A stretch of DNA of 64,000 nucleotides from Chrysomallon squamiferum (GCA_012295275.1 CM022669.1:15996001-16060000), one strand, 5' to 3'; shown: positions 46,057 through 60,959, numbered from the stretch's first letter. The notes: generated by a model not told the origin, from the letters alone. Made by a program: numbers and translations.

Positions 46057-46775
46057 GTTGGGGGGGGGGCCAATAGCCGAAGGGAAATAACTCTATTTAA
46101 CTGGCCTATACAGCATAAACGCCACATGCGCCAGAAATCAGTCTCTTTCATTCAAACGCTATTACAGTTACTGCAGTGAAAACTTTTACTCGCTTTTTAA
46201 TCCATGCTATCCAGCCTCTTTGATTTAGAAAAACACCTGATAATTCCTGCAAATCAAAAAAGGAATGTGTTTGCCCAGAAAAATGCTGGAAGACCGAAGC
46301 GTAGGACAAGCCAGCCGTCTCGTTTTTTTTAACGACAGACCCGCCTCAACAGCGAAGACCTAGACAAAGTGTCGTGGCCGATACCACGATAGTTCCAGAA
46401 GCGAACGACAGGTCTGATCAGCCAGCTCCTCCAATCAGCTTTGCGCTGGGCGCCCGGCAAGACAGAATAGTGGAAATCGGGAAGCATGAAGTGTGGATTA
46501 CTGGCTCTTCAGTAGTCCACAGGGCAGCAAACCAGGCACAGGCAAGGCCAGGTAGTGACAACCTAGGTCTGCAGCAGGCAGGTATCAAGGTAAAATGGTG
46601 TGGTAATAATAGGGGAATGCTGGCATGGGGGCCAAACACCCAAAACTGGTAGACATGACCCGTAAAAAGGTGAACAGGGCAGTGAAATCACTGGTCCTTG
46701 CAGAGGGAAGAGCAATCATTGGACACCCCACAATGAGAGTAAGATATCTCGAGTTATTCAGGACTGATGGTGATA
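46057..46775 (+). mobile_element. Decayed, internally deleted retroelement fragment with SGNH-hydrolase-like ORF, probably a Ngaro/DIRS-like tyrosine-recombinase retrotransposon
   Basis: GC-richer island. One frame gives VWITGSSVVHRAANQAQARPGSDNLGL...VKWCGNNRGM and a second gives GAKHPKLVDMTRKKVNRAVKSLV...IIGHPTM...LFRTDG. These match the recalled N- and C-terminal blocks of TE-associated SGNH domains; the central GxND block and the final His are missing. Boundaries are approximate. Confidence 0.62.
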
Positions 46776-48001
46776 TCGACAAATCAAATTTCAGTAAAAT
46801 GAATATAACCAATTAAAGATATTCATTGCAAAGAAAGTTGTGCTTGCTTTCTGCTAACGCTCTCCGTGATAAAGTTAAAATGACGGGAGTCGTGGTCGTA
46901 GTTGTCATCTGATTCAATTCGTGTAGAAAGCCCATGTTCCTAATTTCATTTACATTTTAATGTGGTATTACTGTGCTATATCAATGGAAGGGGAAGAAAT
47001 CACTAACATAATAACATAGACGTTGAGAAAAGTACTTTGACAATTACAGAGTTTCCCACATCCTTAGACTATAAAAACAAAGTTAAACCTGAAGAAGATC
47101 ATGTTTCATTATCATGCACTTTCGTTATAATGTTATGCTAACTGAAGCTTTACGCACACACAGCCAATGACACCTTGGCGTACAATGTTTGGAATTTAAA
47201 CTCTAAAATGTTTCAGAAAGGATTATAAATAACTTCGAATAGGTAAACAATTTCTGTGTTCTATAATATGAGTGATATCAGTTATAAAATTATGTAGCTG
47301 AGAGCATCACGACATAATAATGACGTATAAAAATAGCTTCTCAGTAGCGTAATTTTCTTCTTTCTTTTTTTTTCTTCCTCAAATTAAGTGCAAAATAAGC
47401 GATAAGGGTGAAGGCGGTCTACGTAATTCTGTTCTGTTTGACGAAACAAAATTAATAACCAGTTCTGAAGCAGAATTAAGATATATTAGGGATGACGTAT
47501 TAAACCAATTTAGTCTCTCCTTTATTTAAGGAAACTAATATGCATAATTAGCTATAGCCTACCGCACTGTCTTGTTTGTTTCCCAAAAATAGATTACCTC
47601 ATAAAATAAAGAAACTAAAAATGGTGTTGTTATTGGGTTTATTATTATTATTATTTTTTTTTTTTTTTATCTGTATAGTTTAAATTGAGTTATCTACAAA
47701 TTTTAATTTTCATTAAAAGCTTTTCTCTATTTATAACTGATAAATTATACTTTTTTAGATTCTCTCTCTCTTACTGTTTTTTTCTCTTTCTCTCTATCTG
47801 TACAGTATCTCTGTTAGATTATAGCCAATATTTACTATATTCTTGTTACTAATTTTATGTAATTATCATAATTTACATTTTTTTAAATTACTGAGCTGTC
47901 TTTCTTTCTATCAAATTTTCTAATTATTTAATACTCATCTATTTTTCTGTCTATCGATTCATCCAATATATATTTTTCTTTGTTCTTTCTCTTCCCCTAT
48001 T

Positions 48002-48078
<77 letters not shown>

Positions 48079-49377
48079 TCTCTCTTTCTCTCTAATTACG
48101 AAAGACATTTATAAGTTCAAGGCATTAAGCGCTGACTATAATTATTCTACAAAATCATCGTAAATAGGCCTATTAAAAGAAAAAAAATAGATATTTGAAA
48201 TTAGGTGGATGGATATTCGGTAAATACTCGTATGTGTTTGTAGATTGCGGATCTGCGTGTACTATTATAGCATATGTTTCTATGCTTGTGTCTTTGTGTG
48301 TACGTGCGTTTTCGCACTCAGATTTCAATTCACTTATCTCAGCTTAACAGTTTTAATTTGAAGTTAGATATACCCGCTGAGTGTAAATGCATTTTAAAAC
48401 ACTATGTCAACAATTCCTCCATTTCTGCATTCATGTCAAAACAAATGTTTATGCATAACAATACAAAGTCAGATTTTACAGGTTCGACAACAATATGTAT
48501 TTATGTAACTGGATAAAATGAATGCATTATGTTGAATGTTGCCTATTGAAAACGGAGTAAAATAATAATTGTTTATAGGAAAGGTTAAATTTCTAGCAGT
48601 AATAAAAATAACCAGACCAGGTAATTGTATGTTTTGCTTCTACTATTACAACCCATTTTCTGCTACAATTAATATTAGTGCAGCTACAACTATTATTACA
48701 CTTCTATAATTGCATTAAGTTTGTTAATTTTGCTATGATTAATATAACCACCACTACTACTATTACTACAATCACTTTTAATACTGCAAGAATTACTGGT
48801 ACAAATACTAGAACTGCTATCACTAATACTGTAACCTCAGTATTACTGCAGCTACCAATACTACAATATATTCATCAGCATTTCTAATCCCATCACAGTC
48901 AACATAGAACTACAGTTACCAAGCATTTGAAAAACGGCAAACGATTTTTGCAGAACAGTTATTTTTTTCTGTTTGTTACGTCCGCTGCTAAATCTGGTTT
49001 TGACTTTACGATCAGGTGCATAAAAGACGAAACTGCGTGGGTGAGGACACAGATTCTTCGAACAGCGAGTCAAAACAAAAGGCACGTCTTAGTTTTCATG
49101 TGCTAATAAATTTCGACTTGCCCGCAGACAGAACACTTTGGTGCACATCAGTTCAGAATGCTTTTCCGATCTTTCATGTTCTTTTTCCCCTGATCGACTT
49201 TCTAGTACCATCTTTTGACTTTAGCTTGTTTGGCTAGTTTTGCTTCTTTTGTTACAGCTAGTTATTGTCTATATTATGTATATGTATACGCTTATGCATT
49301 TGTATATGTACGAGTACGTATATGTGTTTTGCATGTGTATGTGTTTATGTATGTATATATATATATTTGTGTGTCTA

Positions 49378-49420
<43 letters not shown>

Positions 49421-49493
49421 GTTTATATATACCCACCCACACGCACACACACAAACATACATACATACATATATACATACATACATACATACA

Positions 49494-49524
<31 letters not shown>

Positions 49525-50022
49525 GTACTATTAATAAAACTTCGACTGGTGAAATTTAAAATATAACTGTTATCAACCTAAACTTCATCCCAAAATTCCA
49601 AATATACGATAAAACACTATTTTTATGAATGAAGATGAACTGATATATGGAAAAAAACGTGTTGCCCTTTAATGGAAAATAGTGTCTGGCTTTTCTCACT
49701 AATTTATAAAAGGAAATTTGTGGGCGAGAAAGTGGATTTATTAAACCTACTGCTCTTAGTTGAAGCTGATAATATACATTGATAGAAATATCTCATTATT
49801 TCCAGTAATTGTTAACTGTAGAGCGATTAAATCGTAGAGTTAAAATGCATTGACATGAACAAAGGGAAATTGAAAATTTTGACAGAAAGAACCGTGTATG
49901 TTTTCCTGTCTTATTATAACTACCAACCTTTTTTCGTTTTTTTTTTCAAATTTGTAGCAAAACTGTGTGTTTTAGTAGATATCACAACAACCAGAATTCA
50001 CCAGCTTTATTATTATTACTAT

Positions 50023-50069
<47 letters not shown>

Positions 50070-50687
50070 TTATTATTATCATTATTGCTATCATCATTTT
50101 TATTATTATCAGTTTATCATCATCATCATCATTAGTAGTAGTAGTAGTACTTTATTTATAATGATATTTACACTGTATCATAACCTTTATTTTTCTCTAT
50201 TTTTATAAACAAATTAAAGAAACATTGAAATAATTTTTCTTTATCTGATATGTGTGTAACTTCACAAGCGTTTTTTCCCTCATTTTAAGAGATATAAGCT
50301 GAACCGAGAGAATTTTTTTATTATTATTTATTACTTATTTTTAAATTAACTTTTGCGATATTTTTTATATATTCACCTATCCATATATATCTCATGATCG
50401 TATATATCTATGTATATATGTTTTTTTATGTGTGTGTGTGGGTTTTGTATGTTTATGTACTAAGTAAATAAATATGTGTAAAATTGTTAATGTATGTCTG
50501 TCCGTCCATAACTTTTTCCATAACTTTTTTTTTCCTCCGGTAAACATAATTAGAAACCGTAATCATAAAAGGATAGCCTTTAACAGAAAGTCAAAGAGTC
50601 AAGAACAATAACTCTATTTCTAGAAACGTTATCTCAGAAGTTACCTTTCCTCGAGGTCTTCAGCGCAAAATCGATAGAAGTAGTTCA

Positions 50688-50905
50688 GTGGCATTATATA
50701 AAACGATTTCTCTTACATTACAAGTTTTATACCTCGTCTACTTACAAACGTACAACAAGAGATTGTGTGGAAAACGCGTTGTATCGACGGAAACGATAGA
50801 TACGTCTGTGTCATTGTATAAAACGCTTTATCTTACATTAAACACGTTGTAATCTGTGCTTGGTTATAAACGTATAGCAAGAGATTGTTGGTGAAACATA
50901 TTACA
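50688..50905. repeat. Old tandem duplication, period about 120 bp
   Basis: CATT(A/G)TATAAAACG...TCTTACATTA...AAACGTA...CAAGAGATTGT occurs twice with many substitutions. Confidence 0.65.
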
Positions 50906-51264
50906 TCATCGAATGACGCAGTACTGAAGTTATCCGACTATGTCATACATATCTCGTTTCAGTGGTGTATGTTTAAACAAATAGGTCAACAATAAGCAGG
51001 TATATTATACAAACAGCAGTGAGCTCTCGCTCGACTAAGACTGACAGATTATAGCGTCAGTTTTTGTAGGTTTATCCCAGTGTGATTTTTTTTTCCTGCT
51101 CTAACTAGTGTTCCTGTTTATGGGAAGGCATATATGAAAGATGAAACGAGATGCTAATAGATAAGAATAGTTTTTAGTAGGGTACCGGATTTTTCCTTTC
51201 TCTCATAATCATTATTATTTCAAAATAAAGTTGTGCTATAAGAATTAATAGTAGCAGCAGCAGC

Positions 51265-51308
<44 letters not shown>

Positions 51309-51420
51309 CAGTAGTAACAAGCAATAATAACAGTAGTAGAAGCGGAAAAGTAACAGCAGTAATAGCAATAGTAGTTTTTGCAGTTGTTGTAGTAATAGTA
51401 GAGAAAGAGAAGAAGAAGAA

Positions 51421-51513
<93 letters not shown>

Positions 51514-52663
51514 ATAACTTACTTGTTGAAACTAGCATGAACATGCGGTAATTGACGTCACAAGATTGAGTGGTTCTAGCTTCATAGCAATTTCCGTGCT
51601 GTGGTTATGGCGGATAGAAACAAATTATAGGGACACTGGTGTTACGGAAATACTGTGAAAAAGATCATTCGGCGTGTCTATCGAGCTAATTTGCCCATCT
51701 AACTACATCTGTGAAAGCAACAGCTCCATCATCCTTTATAAAACTATATTTCAGTTTAATAACGTTTTATGAAGGCTTTTTACAATATCTCAGGCGTAAA
51801 CAGGTTATTCAGTGCGATTTTTCGATTTTAGACAAATTCAGAATGATTGTGGTAATTTAGTAATGCACAGTGCATTGCGGTACGTGTGTATATAGAGTGA
51901 GAAAAGATGTGAGCGAAAGAGAAATGGGGTGAGAGAGAATAAAAGCGAGTCAGAGGAAAGTATTTGACACTTACCGTCGCGAATCCCTAAACAATGCGAA
52001 CTATAATTAAATTTATGATTAAAAAAAAGAAGAAGAAGAAGAAGAAAAAAAAAAAACAACTAACTTTTGTTGCCTCTCTTTCAGTCATTATAGAGAATAG
52101 CTCTACGTCATTTGATTATTAATGATGTCATAGCCGTTCTTTCTACAGCGCGACGAACAAATATACAAAAGAAAAACGAAGATAGTGATGATGATAATAA
52201 CCAAATGGTCTGTCAGTATTGGTACTGAAAGACACAAATCTGTAATAATTATTTCTAATAGCATTTCAGTTTATTCTACATTTTGTCGTATCTCCGATAA
52301 ACAAACACATATACAAATATTTCTTTGTTATTGTTATTATTTATTATTTATTATTTACATCTTGTGTATTTAGATGATACATTATTATATTACTATTGTA
52401 TAAATGGCTCTTTTTTTTTTCTTTCTTTCTTTTTCTTCTTCTTCTTTATTGAGGTTGGTTTTCTTTAACTGTTTTTTTGTTGTTGTTGTTGTTGTTGTTA
52501 CTGTTTTCTTCACACACACACACACATACATGCATTCTTATCTACACACATACATATGCATACATACATAGATGCACGTACATACATATGTACATACATA
52601 CATACATTCATACATACATATACACACATATATAAATGTATTATTATTATAATTATTATTACT

Positions 52664-52708
<45 letters not shown>

Positions 52709-54372
52709 GTTATTATTGTTATTTACATCTCAATACTATTGCTACCTTAAAGCACTATATATTATTTTTACTGTAGAACGACATTGCTGCTGCATTCAGC
52801 TCTATTCAGGTTTAAAATCGACAGCTCGTTTTCATTATTTATATAGTTATTAACGTCTTTTCGTTTCTCCGCTCTAGTAGTTTTATTATCCAAGTTTTAT
52901 GCTTTTGGTCTGTATTTGCTTCCAAACCATAAAGTACATGGCGATTCTTGTCTTTCTGCTAAGATGCTGAAGACACTAAAATAGGATTAGAATACTATAA
53001 AGGTTTGTCTAGAATACGGATATCTGAACCGATGTGCTAATAATTTGTATTCAATTTCGTCTTCAAGAGTTTTTAAAGAGGATACTAAGTCTTGTTTTTC
53101 TATGTATAACCATAAACACGTTATAGACATTAATGCTTCTTCTTTCTTTTTTTCTTTTTTTTTTGTCGTAGATTTAAAAAATAAAATGAAAGACGCCTTC
53201 CAGTCGACCTTGTACTTGACAGCAAACTGACAACAATTTCTGAAGCTCCTATAAGAAGATTAGCTGATACTAAACAAGGAAAGAAAATTTAATGTCAATA
53301 GTTTGAACTTGTCTGGTTTCTAAACAAATAAAAATAACGATTTGAAATCTTTACTGTGATGTTGTTAATAGCTGTTTGACTATTTCGGTTACTTTTTTTA
53401 AATATAATCTTAATGTTTTTTCTTACACAAAACTCCATACATAAAAACATAGATACATATATACACACATTCACATATAGTTATATATAAATATCCTTTC
53501 GTGTGTACACTAACTGTGCTACTTGCACAAAATCCATTCAAAACAGACAAGAAAACACTATCATTATCAAACATCAACCTCATTAAACCGGGATAATTTT
53601 CTCATTAAAATAATCTTAGGCATTGAGTACTTTCCTGTATCTAAGTGTAGCAGCAACAGATAACTGGTGAAACTATGTGCGGTCCTAACAGTTAAATAAT
53701 TCTCTATTTATCCCAGAAATGATCAGCCGTATGCAAAGATAGCGTCTCATTTAAAACACATTAGGAAACCTCTTTTCTATGCTTCCTGTTAATTACCTTT
53801 AAAAGAAACCGTCAGATGAAATGGTCGTCGTTAACGGCGTGGCCCAAGTAGTGAAGAACATCTGGCGTGTTATAAACGACAACAGCATTCAGTTATTATA
53901 TTAATAGAGAATATTGAATTGTAACGTACTTCATATCTGAGGTTGTAGTACCAGTATTGTAGCAGTAGCTGTAGTTATAGTATTAGTTGCAGTAGCAGTG
54001 TTAGTCCTAGAAGTTGTGGTATCACTAGCATAGTGTTAAAAGCAATGCAATCACTACAAATGGCATGAGAGGTCGTACTAATAGCAGTATCAGCAGTAAA
54101 AGAAGCAGTGGTAGTAGTAACAGCTGCAGTAGTAGCTGTAACAGTAGTGCTAGCGACAATAATAACAGTAGTATTGTAGCACTACAGCATTAGTAGTAAT
54201 AATAGTAAAAGTAGTAGCAGTAGTGGTAGTAACAGAAGTAATAAAAGTAGTTTTACTAATAATAGTAATAGCAGTAGCATTATTATTATTATTATTGTTG
54301 TTGTGTTGTGGTTATTATTATTATTGTTGTTGATGGTGGTGGTGCTGTTGTTTCGACTTTGGTCTTTTTTTC

Positions 54373-54403
<31 letters not shown>

Positions 54404-55571
54404 TTATCATTATTTTTCTTCTTCTTCTTCTTGTCGTTTTGTATTTTTTATTATTATTATTTATGAACATAATATTTTATAAAAGAAAATTTTTCAAGTG
54501 TCTGAAACTTGATCGGCACCCAGTGAATCTTTAACGCATTATCTACATTATTTATAATCTTGGAACCTTTTAATCTTTGTTTTCCCTTCAGATCTCTTGA
54601 ACTTTCGACAAACAGCCGAAAGTATTTAGTTTCATATCAATAATTCAAAGATAAAAAGAAAATGGTTTACCAAATCATTTCAGGTTATAAATTCTTAAAA
54701 AAAAAAAACTATTTTCACATTCCTTACTTCCTAGTTGAAACGTTCCTGCTGTTTGGAAATGTCAACAGAAAACAAATTTTCTTCAATGAATTCTAAGCCA
54801 GATGGCAACCCAGAGGCAGATCAGTTGATATTAGACAGTGGGATCATACCCACTTTCGTAAATGAGAAATTTCAGCAAAAACTGAATGATTATAAGAAAG
54901 AAATAAAGAAGCATAAAAAAGGAACAACAAATAAATAAATAAAATAAAATAAATAAATAAATAAATAAACGAAAAAACATCGACCACCCTTTAGCATTGC
55001 TTACCTTGATATGCTTTTTCTAATTATTATATATGTATGCGACAGCAAGAACCTGCTGGCAATCACCGGTTTGCCAGCCATGTCCCTTTTCTTATTTATA
55101 ACTGTAAAGTTCAAATACCTTTTCACGGACAGCAACCTTTTCACGGATAGTGTTTTATTAACAGTAACAGCGCAGAGGAAATTATGGACGTAATTAGCGA
55201 AGGGAAAGACAGGATCTTATTAGAGGAAAATAGTCTTAAGACCATCGTCTCGACCGCTAAACTGTTATCAGACAGAGAAAAAAAAAATCCAAGACTTAAA
55301 ACGAGTCTGATTTACTGCGTTTAGTCGAAGCCTTATAGACTGCATTTAATCCGTTTATATAATGTTATAAGCTAAATTATTTCTGCTTTCATCCACATCA
55401 ATAGGACGTTCGCCTCCAGAGAAAGAAGTTACATTAAATAATAGAAATATTATTTCCGTTAATAACATGTCGGTGGTAGAAGCAAAGTTTTTTCTTAATT
55501 TTGTTTTTACCCTTTAGCTTTATCATTTCCACTTCACATTGACATCCGCCTGACCACATTCTCATCCTGTA

Positions 55572-55749
<178 letters not shown>

Positions 55750-56607
55750 ACTGTGAGACATATACTGGCTATTCATACTGGTGTAATTACATTCACCTAA
55801 GCGGTAACATAAGTTATAGTCTACGAAACACTTACAGATCGAAATATTAAAAACAAAGCCATTCCTAGTAAAGCCTTTGCTTATAGACAAATCGATAACA
55901 CACAGCAATATACTGAAATCAATAATCAGTTAATAATCAGAGCATTTCAATATTAACACGTAAACAGACGCTTATAATATTGCTTACGTTTACAATACTG
56001 AAGTTCTGATAGAGAAAATTTATCTCAGTATTAAAAAAGAGCGAAGTTTTAGTTCCAGACTGTGTAACAATCTGATACACGTCTTAACTGTCCAGACGAT
56101 TCTTAATATAACGTTCTTAGTCTGAGTTGTAAATTAAAAACCTTTCACCTCGTTGTCAACACTTTCTTGTACACCAGTTTAGAAATTTTTTTTTCTTTAA
56201 TATCTAGCAGGCGTACTTGAAATTACATATTTTGGTTCGTATCAGTTCAAATCCTATATATATATTAGAGATGGATCAGAGAACTTTCTAAAGATAATAG
56301 TAAAATACCACTTCTCCTCCTATTTTTACTGTTACTGTTACTACTGCTACTACTACAACAACAAGAACTACAATTGGTATTAATTTTACTACAGCTACTT
56401 TGCTGCTATTACTACAATTCTTGCTATTAATACTGGTACTATTATTACTAATATATTTTTTTTACTACTACTACTATTATTGCTACTAGTGTACATCTTC
56501 AATACTGCAAAGAGCAGTAGCTACAGCATATGTGACATTACATAGCAGTTGTCTTGATAATATAACTGTTTTGTTAATAATGTTGATAAACTTATGTTCA
56601 CATCACA

Positions 56608-56681
<74 letters not shown>

Positions 56682-57467
56682 TCTCTCCTATTCATCTGTG
56701 TATCGTTCCGTACTTTGTAACAAGAATAAATCAATTACATTCACGAATTACCATATGATTATTATTCATTCCCTTCTTCTATCTGATTCTCACATGCGAC
56801 GACAAATCTTGAATTTGTCAGTAAGCGATCATCTTGTGACAAGTGCAGGTATCTCGAAATCAATTAATTTTTTTTTTTTTTTTTTTATTCGAGTACAACG
56901 GACAGTCGAAAAATCTATTAAGTGCTTTTTCATTTGTAAGGGCCCGTTTGATTGCGACCGTACTAAGTGATCTGCGTAATGCTCAGTTCACGTTCTCGTG
57001 CAAGTGACGCAAATTGCTGAATTGAGGGAGACACTTTAAGCAGCAGCAGCAGACTATAACACATTGCAGTTCAGTGTGAGAATTTCCTGAAGGCGAGCTA
57101 TGAGAAGTCTCAGTACTTTTCGAATTTAATGATGAATGACAAGAGGACGAACAAGATGAAAAAAAAAAAATGGTTGTTACATCTCAGGCAAGACAGTTCT
57201 GGGCGATAGTTCGATGTCAGCTGATATTCGCTATCAAATTTAATAAAAGGTTTCATGTCATCTTTTCGGTTCTGTACAAAACGTTAAAAAAAAAATAATA
57301 ATAATAATAAAAATGGGGAACGAAAAAGGAATAAAGAAAAAGAAAAGAAGAAAAAATTCAAAAATATAAACACGTAAATGCAGATACATCGTCAGAAAGA
57401 AGGAAAGATGGATTTGAACTCAGGCTAACAGATATCTCAGACAGACAGAGACGGTTAGACATTTAAA

Positions 57468-57484
57468 TAGACAGACAGACAGAC

Positions 57485-57519
<35 letters not shown>

Positions 57520-57757
57520 TAGATAGAGTGTTTGATTGATTAACAGATCGATTGAATGATAGATAGATAGAGTGTTTGATTGATTAACTGATCGATTGAT
57601 TGATAAATAGATAGATAGTTTTTTTGATAGATTAACTGATCGAATGATAGATAGATAGATAGATAGATAGAGTGTTTGACTGATTAACTGTTCGATTGAT
57701 TGATAGATAGATAGATAGATAGATAGAGTGTTTGACTGATTAACTGTTCGATTGATT

Positions 57758-57791
<34 letters not shown>

Positions 57792-57830
57792 GTGTTTGAT
57801 TGATTAACTGATCGATTGATTGATACATAT
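57468..57830. repeat. Compound GATA/GACA microsatellite with a higher-order ~45-65 bp unit
   Basis: About six copies of AGTGTTTGA(T/C)TGATTAACTG(A/T)TCGATTGATT separated by variable (GATA)n. Confidence 0.88.
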
Positions 57831-58281
57831 GCATAGTCAGTAGACAGAGATAGATAGATGAATAGACAGAACGATAGACAGACAGATAGATATAAAGAGA
57901 GAGACACACACAGTTATATAGAAAGACAGACAGGTATGTAGCATATACTAAGAGAGAAAGGGAAAAACAGAAAGAAAGAATGAATAAAAAGAAAGAAAGA
58001 GCGATAGAGAGACAGTATTATACGAATACTAGACATGCAACACTTTTAACGAACGTCTGATTTAGGAAACGAAACTGGTCAGGACGAAGCTGAAGGGTAT
58101 TCCGACACTAATTATTATAAATTATTATTTCCCAGACGAGTCAGGAACCAGGAAAGACTTTGCCAAAAACGTCGCATTTTTTGTAATTCATTTTAAGAAC
58201 AGCACCACTAAATTGCATCCTCATTAAAATCGCTGCATTGCTAAACTGTGTTATTACATTAATGATACCCGCTGATGTAAC

Positions 58282-58320
<39 letters not shown>

Positions 58321-59299
58321 TTATCCTGTCTTCAAAAAGTCACGCTTCTGGATAATTTTATTTTTTGTCTTTTCAGTCAATAAGATGAAAAAACAAGAAC
58401 AAACAAAAAAAAAATTGATGAATATTTAAACATCATATGAAAATTTATGGCTTCTGGATTCGCTACTGAAAAATCGAAGAAATGTTTCCGGCGCCGAATG
58501 TTTCTGCAGTTGTAACTTAATTAGTTTAAGTTATGATGAATTGGTGAACCTCGGGTTAACAGCATCGAGTGATGATGAATTTAAAAACTTGTCATGATTA
58601 TTTCTGTTTTCACAAAGAAGATGAAAATGTGTCTCTTTGAGTTATTACTCTAAAGAAACAAACTGCTCTTAGATATCAATTTATCTTGCCTACAGAAACA
58701 TCATTTTAGCATTTTTTTCACTTGTATTTTCAACTCAGAAGTGAAGAGGGTGAACAAAATATGTCATGGATGTATAAGCATCGTGTTAAATTCATTGTTT
58801 ATCGCTTAAGTTGAAAAAGAAAGATGTGTTAAAACTATTCGTAGCGTAATGTAATTAGTTAAAGTGTGATGAATATTTTACACATGTATGAAGTGCTATC
58901 CTTTATTTTATATGAATATATGAATAATTATAATTTATCTCCCATATGATTGTCTTAACAAATTAAGCGAGTGAAAGTCCTTAATTATTATAAAGTATAT
59001 TCCACGATCGATACGTGATCTTGAATAGTATTTAGCATTGTGGACCCAGTTTGAATATGTGGACCCAATTTGAAATTAATATATTAAGAAAACACGTTCC
59101 TCAAACCATTAATAATTCTTGCCATTCAAAGTAAATAAATTATTAAATAAAATCTTACTTGCTTTTAGCAAATGCGATTGATATTCATGGAAGTAAGGAA
59201 AAATGTTTTAAAAAAATATTTAAAATATTTTTATGTTTAGTTTATGTTAACTTTTCTCGGCACTTTGATTGGCTTTTGTGCCAAAGATGGCATCTAAGT

Positions 59300-59355
59300 C
59301 TTTGAATTTGAGCTGCGACATGGCGCCAAAAACGTTGAGAACCACTAATCTAGAG
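59300..59355. mobile_element. Possible single end of a hAT/Charlie-type DNA transposon remnant
   Basis: CATGGCGCCAAAAACGTTGAGAACCACTA resembles the reverse complement of the CAGTGGTTCTCAA terminus and is followed by ATCTAGAG (NTCTAGAN target preference). The other end was not found. Confidence 0.35.
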
Positions 59356-59545
59356 GAGCATCACAGATTAACATAAATTATATTTTCAGAGTAATAACTG
59401 AGAATTTTTATTCTTGTAATATGTTTCTCTTCACATTCATATTGGGTACTGGTCTGATAAACTATCATATAAAATAAAAACTTTTATTTATTTTTTATTG
59501 TTGTTATTTGTTTGTCTATCTCTATTTATTTATTTATTTACACAC

Positions 59546-59578
<33 letters not shown>

Positions 59579-60498
59579 AATGACGAAATGTCACTAAACG
59601 TCGGTTTGAAATAAGTATCAAAACTTAGCGTCCGGAATAAAGACTTGAGTTAAGTTTAGTGAACAATATCTTAACGGCAGTTCTATTAAATTTAAATCAT
59701 ACTGTTCTATGAAAAAAAAATAATAATAATAATTAAAAAAAATAATAATAAAAAATCGGTAAAAAGAAGAAAAGTAAAAAAAATAGCGTGCAATTTATAA
59801 CATAGTTATTAATCAAGGAATCCTGAACAGCTAGACAGCTGGATACAGATGATAATTATTTTATTGTTGTTTTTTTTCTCATTTTTTATCTTATTTTTTT
59901 TTATTTGCTTTATATTTCCTATCAGTGTAACTGAAATAGAAACATTATATGAGGATGAATGTAAATAGTCTTCAGTCATGTATCCATTATTCGAAAAACG
60001 CTGTTTGTGGCGACAAAATGATTAATAGCGGATTTATTGCTGCAGTCTTGCAGTTTCATGGATCATTTCATTTGGCAAAGTTCAGGGAAAAAGCAGTTTC
60101 TTATCCCACGATGACAGGGTTTTATTATTAAAAGAGAAAAGTTCACTGAGTGGAAATGGTGTCTTAATTATCATGATTTATCCGTTGACAACAGAAATGT
60201 GATAGCGTTAATGACGTGATTGATTTGCCTCCCTTGTTTGTCTTTTTTTATCATAATCATGCGTAAGAAACCTCTATCTTTATTAGTTAACAAAAATAGT
60301 ATACTTTATTGTTTCTTTAAAACATTTCTTTGAAATGTAAAAAAATCGGTATTAAGTGACTTCCAAAAGGCCAAGGGTTAAATAAAGCTTCAATAATATT
60401 GCTTTCTAGAATCAGCTAGCAAAACTAGTTTACGGTTTAGATTAGATTAATGACATTTAATAAATAAAAGATATAATATAATAATCTACTATTCATAC

Positions 60499-60959
60499 CT
60501 TTCTATACTAACGCCCAGCATCAACAGAATGGAGGAATACAGGGAAGTAACCAAGACATAGCGGTTGGCCTTACAGGAAACAGATCCAAGTAACCAGCCT
60601 TTGTTGTTGACGAACTGAACAATTTCCGGAACTCCAAACACCATGATAAACAAGTCTGCCAGGGCTATGTTCAGAATGAAAAGATTGGTCTCTGATTTCC
60701 TCATCTTGGTGTTGAACAATATCACTAGAATAACGAGGCAGTTTCCAAAGATCCCCAAGAAACAGATGACGAAGAAAATAATGGAAAGAAAAGTTATGCT
60801 GATAAGACTCGTATCACGAGAAGAACTAAGTGTGATGTTTTCAGGGAATGTTGTCTGTGTGCAGTTCTCGGATGAGTTTATGTAAGCAGACTCGAAGGAT
60901 ATTTGTTCCAAACTGAGACCGAAATGTCCAGTCCAGATTGTTGTAATATTGCTGACCAT
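60499..60959 (-). CDS. GPCR first coding exon B, paralog of exon A: N-terminus and TM1-TM3
   Basis: ATG at 60959-60957 in ATTATGG context (MVSNITT...). Sequons NIT, NSS, NCT, NIT; GN, NIALAD, FGVPEIVQFV, GWLLG, CK; ends SIE-R. Donor AG|GTATGA (GT at 60498-60497), at the same position and phase as exon A. About 57/100 residues identical to exon A over TM1-TM3 by hand alignment, with no stops or frameshifts. Confidence 0.9.

Noticed and set aside
54735-54938. Non-repetitive 67-aa plus-strand ORF following a pyrimidine-rich CCTAG acceptor-like site
   Set aside because: No recognisable domain or partner exons, and it runs into A-rich low-complexity sequence.
57520-57830. CRISPR-like repeat-spacer appearance
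   Set aside because: Eukaryotic context, spacers are plain (GATA)n, and there are no cas genes.
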